NCBI GenBank assembly: GCA_963667285.1
Contig: OY763326.1
Coordinates: 4,847,546 to 4,911,545, forward strand
Length of the DNA stretch: 64,000 nucleotides
Source of the DNA: Alphaproteobacteria bacterium
GTDB taxonomy: Bacteria > Pseudomonadota > Alphaproteobacteria > MPNO01
Reading direction: 5' to 3'
The notes under the pieces were generated by a model. It saw nothing but the letters and a program-made list of their open reading frames with translations, was not told where the DNA came from and made no database searches. This document shows positions 18,046 through 25,900 of this stretch, piece after piece. Each line of letters opens with the position of its first letter. Within the stretch, counting starts at the first letter, position 1. Both the position numbers and the translations under genes were made by a program.

Positions 18046-19053
18046 ATGAGTGCCACGACCAGACGTTTCGCTCTCGCCGCCGCCGGCGGCGCACTGCTTG
18101 GCGTTTTCGCCGCCTCCGCCGTCCAGGCGGCCGATCCCAAGCTTTCGGTCCGCGTCGACTGGACGCCCTGGGGAATGCATGCCGGCCTCCATCTGGCCAA
18201 GCAGAAGGGCTGGTTCAAGGAGGCCGGGGTCGACGTGGAGATCTCCGACGGCAAGGGCTCTTCGCTGCTCATGCAACAGGTGGCGGCCGGTGACGTCGAC
18301 GTGGGCTGGGCCCAGATCGGAACCATGATGGTTGCCGCCTGCAAGGGCCTGCCGGTCAAGGCGGTCGCCGTGCTGGCGCGCGCCGGCGATCTGGGCTTCA
18401 TGGCGGACAAGTCCAAGTACAAGTCGCTCGCCGACCTCAAGGGGCAGAAGCTGGCCTATGCCGCGACCAGCGGCGCCGGTCCCTTCCTGGACACCTTCCT
18501 GAAGGCGGCGGGAGTGTCGAAGCGGGACTTCAAGGTGGTCAACGTCGACGCGTCGTCGCTGGTCAGCGTCTATACCTCGGGCGAGGCCGAGGCGTCGTTC
18601 TCCACGGTCGGCTTCTTCCTGCCCATCGTGTCCAAGAAGCGCCCCGCCTACGGCATCACCATGGCCAGTGTCGGGATCCACATCCCGAGCTACGGGCTGG
18701 TCAGCACCCAGAAGGTAATCGACGCGAAAGCCGAGGCGCTGAAGCGCTTCGTTCCGGTAGTCGGCAAGGCCTGGACCTACATCTTCGAATCGGATGCAAA
18801 TCTCGACGAGGCGATCGACGCCATCGCCAGCCAGCGTCCCAACGAGAAGCTGGACACGGCGGTGATGAAGGGTCAGGCCGCAATCTACAAGGAGCTGGGC
18901 CTGTTCAGCACGAAGCGCACCATGGACAAGACGTTCGGCTGGACCCATCCCGACGACATGGCCGACGCGCACAAGGTGCTGGAGGCGGTCGAGCTGTGCA
19001 AGCCGGGCAAGGCGACCGCCGACTTCTACACCAACCGGTTCGTCGGCGGCTGA
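18046..19053 (+). CDS. ABC transporter substrate-binding protein, NMT1/THI5-like (NitT/TauT family)
   Basis: Signal peptide plus NMT1-like SBP pattern. Strong GGGAGGAAG RBS. Confidence 0.8.
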   Translation: MSATTRRFALAAAGGALLGVFAASAVQAADPKLSVRVDWTPWGMHAGLHLAKQKGWFKEAGVDVEISDGKGSSLLMQQVAAGDVDVGWAQIGTMMVAACKGLPVKAVAVLARAGDLGFMADKSKYKSLADLKGQKLAYAATSGAGPFLDTFLKAAGVSKRDFKVVNVDASSLVSVYTSGEAEASFSTVGFFLPIVSKKRPAYGITMASVGIHIPSYGLVSTQKVIDAKAEALKRFVPVVGKAWTYIFESDANLDEAIDAIASQRPNEKLDTAVMKGQAAIYKELGLFSTKRTMDKTFGWTHPDDMADAHKVLEAVELCKPGKATADFYTNRFVGG

Positions 19054-19123
19054 GCCGTCAGGGCGTCGACACCGGGGGCGGGCTCCGGTCCCGCCCCCCG
19101 GAGCGCCCGAAGAACGCCTGGCG

Positions 19124-19921
19124 ATGGGCAACGGCGCAATCCGCGACGCCTATGTCGAGGTCCGCGACCTGAAGAAGGTCTACGCCTCCACCAAGGGCGA
19201 CTTCACGGCGCTTCAGGGCGTCGATCTCGACATCCGGCAACGCGAGTTCTTGAGCGTGCTCGGACCGAGCGGCTGCGGCAAGAGCACGCTCCTGAAATGC
19301 GTTGCCGGGATCACCGGCATCAGCGGAGGCGCCATCCAGGTCCAGGGACAGCCGGTCGTCGAGCCGCCGGCGGGGATGGGCATCGTTTTCCAGCGGGACA
19401 TCCTGCTGGACTGGCGGAGCAACCTCGACAACGTCCTGCTGCCCATCGAGTTCCGCCGCCTGAACAAGGCCGAATATGTCGGCCACGCCATGGAGCTGTT
19501 CGCCCTGCTCGGGCTCCAGGGGTTCGAGCACCGGCATCCCTGGGAGCTTTCCGGCGGCATGCGGCAGCGGGTGGCGATCTGCCGTGCCCTGATCCAGGAT
19601 CCCGAGCTGCTGCTGATGGACGAGCCGTTCGGGGCGCTCGACGCCCTGACCCGGGACGAGCTCAACCTCGAGCTGCAGCGCATCTGGATGGCCGATGCCA
19701 AGACCGTGATGTTCATCACCCACAGCATCGTCGAATCCGTGTTCCTGTCCGACCGGGTGGCCGTGATGACCTTCACCCCCGGCCGCATCCTCGAAATGAT
19801 CGACATAGACCTGCCGCGCCCGCGCGATCTCGATGTCCGCGAGACCGCGGAATTCGGGCGCTACGTCACCCACATCCGCGACCTGTTCAAGCAGATGGGA
19901 CTCTTCAAGGCCTCCGAATGA
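19124..19921 (+). CDS. ABC transporter ATP-binding protein (NitT/TauT family)
   Basis: Walker A GPSGCGKST, signature LSGGMRQR and Walker B LLLMDEP. Confidence 0.9.
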   Translation: MGNGAIRDAYVEVRDLKKVYASTKGDFTALQGVDLDIRQREFLSVLGPSGCGKSTLLKCVAGITGISGGAIQVQGQPVVEPPAGMGIVFQRDILLDWRSNLDNVLLPIEFRRLNKAEYVGHAMELFALLGLQGFEHRHPWELSGGMRQRVAICRALIQDPELLLMDEPFGALDALTRDELNLELQRIWMADAKTVMFITHSIVESVFLSDRVAVMTFTPGRILEMIDIDLPRPRDLDVRETAEFGRYVTHIRDLFKQMGLFKASE

Positions 19922-20730
19922 ACGCCCTGACGGCATTGCTGCGCGTCATGTCCGGATCGGGACGGGCGGGTTCGGCGTTTCGCGTCGTTGCCGGGTTCTT
20001 CCTCCTGTGGGAGGCGGGGTGCCGCGTCTTCGAGGCGCCCGTGTTCATCCTGCCGCCGCCATCGCTGGTCTTCTTGCGCTTCGCCGACGACCCGGCGCTG
20101 TTCGCCGAGCACACGGCCAACACGCTGTTCTACTGCCTGTTCGGCTTCGGCCTCGCCTTCGCGGCCGGCCTCGCGATCGCCGTCGGCATCGTCTATTCGA
20201 AGTTCCTCGAGAACACCCTCTTCACGCTGCTGGTGAGCCTCAACAGCATTCCCAAGATCACCCTGGCGCCGCTTTTCATCATCTGGATGGGGACCGGCTC
20301 GGCACCCAAGGTGGCGGTGTCGATGACGATCGCCCTGTGGGCCGTGGTGATCGACACGGTGCTCGGCCTGCGCTCGGTGGAACCGGACGTGCTGGACATG
20401 GCCCGTTCGATGCGTGCGTCGAAGCTTCAGGTGCTGTGGAAGATCCGCTTCCCGGCCGCCTTGCCTGCCATGTTCGCCGGAACCAAGGTGGCGATATCCA
20501 TGGCCCTGGTCGGCGTCATCGTCGGCGAGTTCGTGACCACCGACGTGGGCCTCGGCTTCGCCATCATGTCGGGACAGGGGAATTTCGACATCCCCATGGT
20601 CTATGTCTCGATCATCATCCTCGGCGTGCTGGGGACCTTGCTGTTCTACCTCGTCGACATGGTGGAACGCCTGGTCATCCCGTGGCACGTTTCCCAGCGG
20701 GCCGAGCCGGCCGGCCCGGGGAGCGCCTGA
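19918..20730 (+). CDS. ABC transporter permease (NitT/TauT family)
   Basis: Its ATG overlaps the ATPase stop (ATGA). Multi-TM BPD_transp_1-type permease. Confidence 0.85.
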   Translation: MNALTALLRVMSGSGRAGSAFRVVAGFFLLWEAGCRVFEAPVFILPPPSLVFLRFADDPALFAEHTANTLFYCLFGFGLAFAAGLAIAVGIVYSKFLENTLFTLLVSLNSIPKITLAPLFIIWMGTGSAPKVAVSMTIALWAVVIDTVLGLRSVEPDVLDMARSMRASKLQVLWKIRFPAALPAMFAGTKVAISMALVGVIVGEFVTTDVGLGFAIMSGQGNFDIPMVYVSIIILGVLGTLLFYLVDMVERLVIPWHVSQRAEPAGPGSA

Positions 20731-20748
20731 CATGCCGGGCGCTGCGCC

Positions 20749-21558
20749 GTGAGACTGCTGGTCGCCCTTGCCGGCGCCCTGGCGGGCCCGGGACGCACCC
20801 GCACGGTGATCCTGGTCCTGATCGGGAGTCTGGCGCTGTGGGAGGCCGCGACGCTGGCGTTCCGCCCCGAACCCTTCGTGTTGCCCGCGCCCTCCGCGGT
20901 CTTCGCCGAAATCGGCAGCGACATTCCGTGGTACGCCAACCACGCGATGTTCACCCTGGGTGCCACGCTGATGGGCTTCGGCCTTGCCGTGCTGGCGGGG
21001 ACGCTGGCGGCGATCGGGATCGTCTATTCCCGAGTCCTGGAGCACACCCTGTACACCCTGCTGGTCTCCCTCAACAGCATTCCCAAGATCGCGCTCGCAC
21101 CCCTGTTCGTCATCTGGATGTCGACGGGCGCGGCCTCGAAGGTCGCCATCGCCATGACCATCGCCCTGTGGCCGGTGGTCATCGACACGGTGCTTGGCCT
21201 CCGATCGGTCGAGCCGGAAGCGCTGGAGATGGCCCGCTCGATGCGGGCGACCAAATGGCAGGTCTTCTTCAAGATTCGCCTGCCCAACGCCTTGCCCTAC
21301 ATGTTCTCCGGCATGAAGGTCGCCATTTCGATGGCCCTGGTGGGCGCCATAGGCGGCGAGTTCGTGGCGTCGGAGGTGGGTTTGGGCTACGCTATCCTGG
21401 TGGCCCAGGGCCAGTTCAAGACCGACGTCGTGTTTGCCGCCATCATCCTCCTCGGCATTATGGGGACGCTGCTGTTCTTCCTGGTCGTGCTGGTCGAGCG
21501 CTTTTTCGTGACCTGGCACGTCACGCACCGCGCCGACGCGCATATCCACACCGCCTGA
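20749..21558 (+). CDS. ABC transporter permease, second paralogous copy
   Basis: GTG start. Translation is strongly similar to the preceding permease (…LLVSLNSIPKI[T/A]LAPLF[I/V]IWM…TIALW[A/P]VVIDTVLGLRSVEP…). Confidence 0.85.
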   Translation: MRLLVALAGALAGPGRTRTVILVLIGSLALWEAATLAFRPEPFVLPAPSAVFAEIGSDIPWYANHAMFTLGATLMGFGLAVLAGTLAAIGIVYSRVLEHTLYTLLVSLNSIPKIALAPLFVIWMSTGAASKVAIAMTIALWPVVIDTVLGLRSVEPEALEMARSMRATKWQVFFKIRLPNALPYMFSGMKVAISMALVGAIGGEFVASEVGLGYAILVAQGQFKTDVVFAAIILLGIMGTLLFFLVVLVERFFVTWHVTHRADAHIHTA

Positions 21559-21582
21559 GCCACGGGACCGGCAGGAGGCCGC

Positions 21583-22337
21583 ATGACCGAACGCATCTGG
21601 GACAGGTTCCTGACCGAGCGGGACAGGGAGAGGTGTTCGAACGTTCCGGCTACGGCACCCGCGGCGGCCTCGGGAGGCGGCCGGCCGTGCTGGTGATCGA
21701 CATGACCTACGACTTCGTCGGGGACCGGCCCGAACCGGTGCTGGAATCCATCAGGCGCTGGCCCAATTCCTCGGGCGAGGAAGGCTGGGCCGCCATCGCG
21801 GTCATCGAATCGGTGATCACCCGCGCCCGGCGGAAGAACCTGCCCCTCTTCTACACCAAGCCCGGCATCCGGCCGGATGGCTGGGACTGGGGCGGCTGGC
21901 ACTGGAAGAGCTCGCGCATCGAGGAGTGGCTCCAGGAGCCCACCGCCGACTTCGACGGCAACCGCATCGTCGCCCGGCTGGCGCCGGCGGCGCGGGACAT
22001 CGTGATCCCGAAGCACAAGCCGAGCGCTTTCTTCGGCACGCCCCTGATGCCGATGCTCACCCAGCTGGGGGCGGATTCGCTCATCGTCACCGGTTGCACC
22101 ACCAGCGGATGCGTTCGCGCGAGCGTCGTCGATGCGTTCAGCTACAACCTGCGGGTTGCGGTGGTCGAGGAGGGATGTTTCGACCGGGCCCAGGCGTCCC
22201 ATGCCATGACCCTGTGCGACCTCGACGCCAAATACGCCGACGTGCTGCCCGCCACGGAGATCCTGGACTACATGGACGGGTTGTCGGGCGACCTCTTCGT
22301 ACTGCCCGGCGGCGCACCCCCGCCACCGCCGGCGTGA
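21583..22337 (+). CDS. isochorismatase/cysteine-hydrolase family protein with apparent frameshift near 21628-21634 (N-carbamoylsarcosine-amidase-like)
   Basis: ATG 21583 with AGGAGG RBS encodes MTERIWDRFLTERDRE, then the family continuation (E)VFERSGYGTRGGLGRRPAVLVIDMTYDF...LIVTGCTTSGCVRASVVDAF runs in the +2 frame to TGA 22337. The family assignment is good. The integrity of the 5' end is uncertain. Confidence 0.65.
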
Positions 22338-22341
22338 GCCC

Positions 22342-23322
22342 GTGCCTGACGCCCTTCCCGTTTCGGTCTGCTTCTGGAACTACGACCGGACGGCGGCCCT
22401 CGCCGACGGCCGGGCGCCGATGCGGGGCTGCGCGCCCGCCTTCACCATCCTGCCGCCCGAGGAAGCCTTCGCGCGCGCCTTTTCGACCGCCGAGTTCGAC
22501 ATTACCGAACTCTCCTTCAGCAACCACCTGACGGCGTTGAGCCAAGGCCGCGCCGCGTACACGGCAATTCCGGTCTTTCCGTCGCGAGCGTTCCGCCATG
22601 GCAGCCTGTTCGTCCGCACCGACCGGGACATCCGCGAACCGGCCCATCTGAAGGGCAGGCGCATCGGGCTGCAGGAGTACCAGATGACGGCGGCGCTGGT
22701 GGTGCGTGGCATTCTCCGGGACGACTACGGCATCGAACCCGGCGACCTCGCCTGGGTGGTCGGCGGCGTCGAAGAGCCCGGACCGCCGCGCGACCGTACC
22801 GAGATCCCCGGTGTCGCCATCGAGGCCGCGCCACCCGGCGAAAGTCTGGACGCGCTGTTCGCCGACGGCCGGCTGGACGCCCTGCTCGCCCTCCGGCCGC
22901 CGCCCTGCATTGCCGCCGGCGCCTACCCGGTGGGTCGCCTGTTCCCGGACTGGCGGGCGGCGGAGCAGGACTACTATCGGCGCACCGGCCATTTCCCGAT
23001 CATGCACGTCATGGGGGTCCGTCGATCCCTGCTGGACGAGCACCCCTGGCTGGCGCGGTCCGTTTACGATGCCTTCTGCCGGGCCAAGGACATTGCGGTC
23101 GGCGAGCTCGCCGTCATTCAGGCGCCGAAGGTAACCCTTCCGTGGGGCGCGGCGGAGCTGGAGGCGACACGGGCCTTGATGGGTGAAGACATCTGGCCCT
23201 ACGGCGTCGGCGCCAACCGCGAGACCCTGGATCGCCAGATCGGATGGTCCTGCCGGGAGGGCCTGTCGGCGCGGCGTATCCCGGTCGAGGCGTTGTTCGC
23301 CGCCGGCACCCTGGACACCTGA
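22342..23322 (+). CDS. 4,5-dihydroxyphthalate decarboxylase (PhtD)-like / NMT1-fold protein
   Basis: N-terminal VSVCFWNYDRTAALADGRAPMRGCAPAFTILPPEEAFARAFSTAEFDITELSFSNHL fits the PhtD family pattern. Confidence 0.7.
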   Translation: MPDALPVSVCFWNYDRTAALADGRAPMRGCAPAFTILPPEEAFARAFSTAEFDITELSFSNHLTALSQGRAAYTAIPVFPSRAFRHGSLFVRTDRDIREPAHLKGRRIGLQEYQMTAALVVRGILRDDYGIEPGDLAWVVGGVEEPGPPRDRTEIPGVAIEAAPPGESLDALFADGRLDALLALRPPPCIAAGAYPVGRLFPDWRAAEQDYYRRTGHFPIMHVMGVRRSLLDEHPWLARSVYDAFCRAKDIAVGELAVIQAPKVTLPWGAAELEATRALMGEDIWPYGVGANRETLDRQIGWSCREGLSARRIPVEALFAAGTLDT

Positions 23323-23360
23323 GGGAGGCGGGCCCCGATGAGGACGTTGGGACGCAATCG

Positions 23361-23693
23361 ATGAATGACGGTCCCCATGCTTCCGGTCACCACGACTACG
23401 GTGGAAAGCCCGCCGGTCGGATCGACACGACGCTCCACGGCGCCACGGTGTGGGAACAGCGGGTCGATGCGATTCTGGAACTGCTGGGCGATCCGCGCCG
23501 CAGGCTGATGCGAGTCGACGAGTTCCGCCGGATGAACGAGACCATGGCGCCCGAGGACTACGAACGGCTGACCTATTACGAGCGCTGGGTCCACTCCATC
23601 ACGCGGCTGATGATTCGCAAGGGCGTCGTCACGGAAGAGGAGCTCTCCGCAAAGATGTCCGAGATTCGCGCCCGCGGGGACGCGCCCCTGTGA
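23361..23693 (+). CDS. nitrile hydratase superfamily, beta-subunit N-terminal-half protein (ScnB / thiocyanate hydrolase beta-like)
   Basis: MNDGPHASGHHDYGG...WEQRVDAILELLG...YYERWVHSITRLMIRKGVVTEEEL matches the N-terminal domain of NHase beta (MNGxHDxGG...WEKR...YYERW...). It stops after 110 aa. Confidence 0.75.
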   Translation: MNDGPHASGHHDYGGKPAGRIDTTLHGATVWEQRVDAILELLGDPRRRLMRVDEFRRMNETMAPEDYERLTYYERWVHSITRLMIRKGVVTEEELSAKMSEIRARGDAPL

Positions 23694-23706
23694 CGGTTCG
23701 ACGGCC

Positions 23707-24003
23707 GTGACTCCCCGCTACGCCGTCGGCGACGCCATTCGGGTTGGCGATCGCCGGGAACCCGGACATGTGCGAACGCCGGGCTACCTGATGGGCCGGG
23801 AAGGTCGCATCCTGCGGGTCTGCGGCGCCTTTCCCGATCCCGGCCGGCTGGCCGAAGGCGGGCTCGGCCTGCCTTACCGGATGCTCTACCGGGTGGCGTT
23901 CCGGCAACGGGATCTTTGGCCGGACTATGGCGGACCGGATGCCGACGACCTGGTGACCGATCTTTACGAACACTGGCTGGAACCGCGGGACCGGACACCA
24001 TGA
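23707..24003 (+). CDS. nitrile hydratase superfamily, beta-subunit C-terminal-half protein (ScnA-like)
   Basis: YAVGDAIRVGDRREPGHVRTPGYLMGREGRILRVCGAFPDP...YRVAFRQRDLWPD matches the C-terminal SH3-like domain of NHase beta. 13-nt gap after the previous ORF. Confidence 0.75.
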   Translation: MTPRYAVGDAIRVGDRREPGHVRTPGYLMGREGRILRVCGAFPDPGRLAEGGLGLPYRMLYRVAFRQRDLWPDYGGPDADDLVTDLYEHWLEPRDRTP

Positions 24004-24608
24004 ACCATCCTCATCCTCATCCCCACGCCGCGCCGGCGGAGCGGGAGCCCGATCCGCAGATCGCCCTCAAGGAGATGGCCCTGCGGGAACTGCTGATCGA
24101 GAAGGGCGTCTTCACCGCCGCGGACATCCGGCGCGCCATGGAGGCGATGGAGGCCCGAAGCCCGGCGGTGGGCGGGCGAATCGTCGCCCGGGCGTGGCGC
24201 GACCCCGCCTTCAAGCGCCGTTTGCTGACCCATGCCAACGGGGCGGTCGCCGAATTCGGGGTCGCCATGGGCCTCGCCGAGTTGACGGTGGTCGAGAACA
24301 CGCCGGAGCTGCACAATGTCATCGTCTGCACCCTGTGTTCCTGCTACCCCCGGGCGCTGCTCGGAATTCCGCCGAGCTGGTACAAGTCCAAGGCGTATCG
24401 GTCGCGCGTCGTTCGAGAGCCGAGAGCGGTGCTTGCCGAGTTCGGCACCGATTTGCCTGGCGATGTCGTCGTCCGCGTTCACGACAGCACCGCCGATCTC
24501 CGCTACATGGTTCTGCCGCAGCGCCCGGCCGGTACCGATGACTGGGACGACGAGAGAATGGCGGCCCTGGTCACGCGCGATTGCCTGGTGGGGGTAACGG
24601 CGGCTTAG
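24000..24608 (+). CDS. nitrile hydratase alpha-subunit-like catalytic protein, cobalt type (ScnC/gamma-like)
   Basis: Metal-site motif VCTLCSCYPRALLGIPPSWYKSKAYRSRVV (Co-type VCTLCSC, not Fe-type VCSLCSCT) and C-terminal RYMVLPQRPAGTDDW. Its ATG overlaps the previous stop (ATGA). Unusual His-rich N-terminus MNHPHPHPH. Confidence 0.85.
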   Translation: MNHPHPHPHAAPAEREPDPQIALKEMALRELLIEKGVFTAADIRRAMEAMEARSPAVGGRIVARAWRDPAFKRRLLTHANGAVAEFGVAMGLAELTVVENTPELHNVIVCTLCSCYPRALLGIPPSWYKSKAYRSRVVREPRAVLAEFGTDLPGDVVVRVHDSTADLRYMVLPQRPAGTDDWDDERMAALVTRDCLVGVTAA

Positions 24609-25662
24609 AGCACTATCCTATCGAGTTGAATCGATTGTGATTTCCCAAGGTTTTGCGATTCGTGATCCACACTGTCTGCCGGGGAGGAGGCCGGCGGACA
24701 TGTCCCGAGCACTTTCCCTTGATCTTCGCGTACGTGTCGTGGCGGCGGTTGCCGCGGGGTTGAGCCACCGCGCGGCCGCGGCCCGTTTCGGTGTGAGCGC
24801 GGCGAGTATCAGCCGGTGGCGCCGGCGGGCGCGGCTGGAAGGCGATCCCGGCCCGAGGGCGGCGGGCGGCGACCGTCGTTCGGGCCGCATCGAGGCGCAT
24901 CGTGGGCTGGTGCTTGGGCTGGTCGCCGAGACCCCGGACATCACCATCGAGGAGTTGCGCCGCCGGCTTGCCGGGCGCGGGCTGAGCTTCGGCTACGGCA
25001 CCGTCCAGCGTTTCCTGGTGCGCCACAACATGACGCGCAAGAAGAAGACCGGCCATGCCAGCGAGCAGGATCGCCCCGACGTGCTGGCCCGGCGCCAGTC
25101 CTGGCGCGACGGCCAGGCCGGGCTCGATGCGGCGCAGCTGGTCTTCATCGACGAGACCTGGGCCAAGACCAACATGGCGCGTGCTTACGGCCGCGCGCCG
25201 CGCGGCGAGCGCCTGCGCATGAGCCGGCCGCACGGCCACTGGAAGACCTCAACCTTCGTCGCCGGGCTCACCGTGCGCGGCATGATCGCCCCCTTCGTGC
25301 TCGGCCGCCCGATCAACCGTGTCGCCTTCGAGATCTATGTCGAGAAGGTGCTGGTCCCCGAACTGCGTCCCGGCAACATCGTCGTCATGGACAACCTGTC
25401 CAGCCACAAAGGGGAGAGGGTGCGCCAAAGGATCGAGGCCGCCGGCGCCGAGCTCCTCTTCTTGCCGCCCTACTCACCCGACCTCAACCCCATCGAAATG
25501 GCCTTCGCCAAGCTCAAGGCGTTGCTCCGCAAGGCCGCAGAGCGCACCGTCGACGGCCTCTGGGACGCCATCGGAAACATCCTCAAGAGCTTCCAACCCC
25601 AGGAATGCAGAAACTACTTCGCCGCCGCTGGTTATGATCCAACCTGATCGGATACTGCTCTA
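24606..25662 (+). mobile_element. IS630-family insertion sequence (about 1.05 kb) with TA target duplication
   Basis: Imperfect terminal inverted repeats GAGCACTATCCTATCGAGTTGAAT (24608-) and the reverse complement of ...CCTGATCGGATACTGCTC (-25660), about 21 of 26 matches. TA at 24606-07 and 25661-62. Single DDE transposase ORF inside. Confidence 0.8.
24700..25647 (+). CDS. IS630-family (Tc1/mariner-like) DDE transposase
   Basis: N-terminal HTH (LSLDLRVRVVAAVAAGLSHRAAAARFGVSAASISRW) and DDE region (FIDETWAKTNM...VVMDNLSSHK...YSPDLNPIE). Confidence 0.85.
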   Translation: MSRALSLDLRVRVVAAVAAGLSHRAAAARFGVSAASISRWRRRARLEGDPGPRAAGGDRRSGRIEAHRGLVLGLVAETPDITIEELRRRLAGRGLSFGYGTVQRFLVRHNMTRKKKTGHASEQDRPDVLARRQSWRDGQAGLDAAQLVFIDETWAKTNMARAYGRAPRGERLRMSRPHGHWKTSTFVAGLTVRGMIAPFVLGRPINRVAFEIYVEKVLVPELRPGNIVVMDNLSSHKGERVRQRIEAAGAELLFLPPYSPDLNPIEMAFAKLKALLRKAAERTVDGLWDAIGNILKSFQPQECRNYFAAAGYDPT

Positions 25663-25900
25663 GTCTGTCGGGCCTGTGCCGGATGCACGAGATCGCCGAC
25701 GGCCTCACGGCCCGGCGCGTCGTCGGCGAATGGGTCGGCTTCGTACAACACCCGGGGGCCGCACGCGGCGCCGGGCGGGAGACCCGCGGCCGCGACCGGA
25801 ATATCGGTTCAGGGGAATGCCGGCGGCCTGAGCTTCAACCGGAATGCGCCCTGGCCCGGCCGCCAGGCTGTCCGAAAGGGTCGAGCCAGCTCAGCTCAGC

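Noticed and set aside
19297-22337. Very long plus-strand reading frames (19297-20730 and 19833-22337) spanning several transporter genes
   Set aside because: They are artefacts of open frames in GC-rich DNA. Real genes inside them start at internal ATG or GTG codons with RBS-like sequences and match ABC permease and isochorismatase families.
24600-24610. Idea that the IS630 insertion truncated or altered the C-terminus of the NHase alpha-like protein
   Set aside because: The TA target duplication followed by G on both the IS side and the original flank (TA + GTCTG) gives a TAG stop at the same codon before and after insertion.
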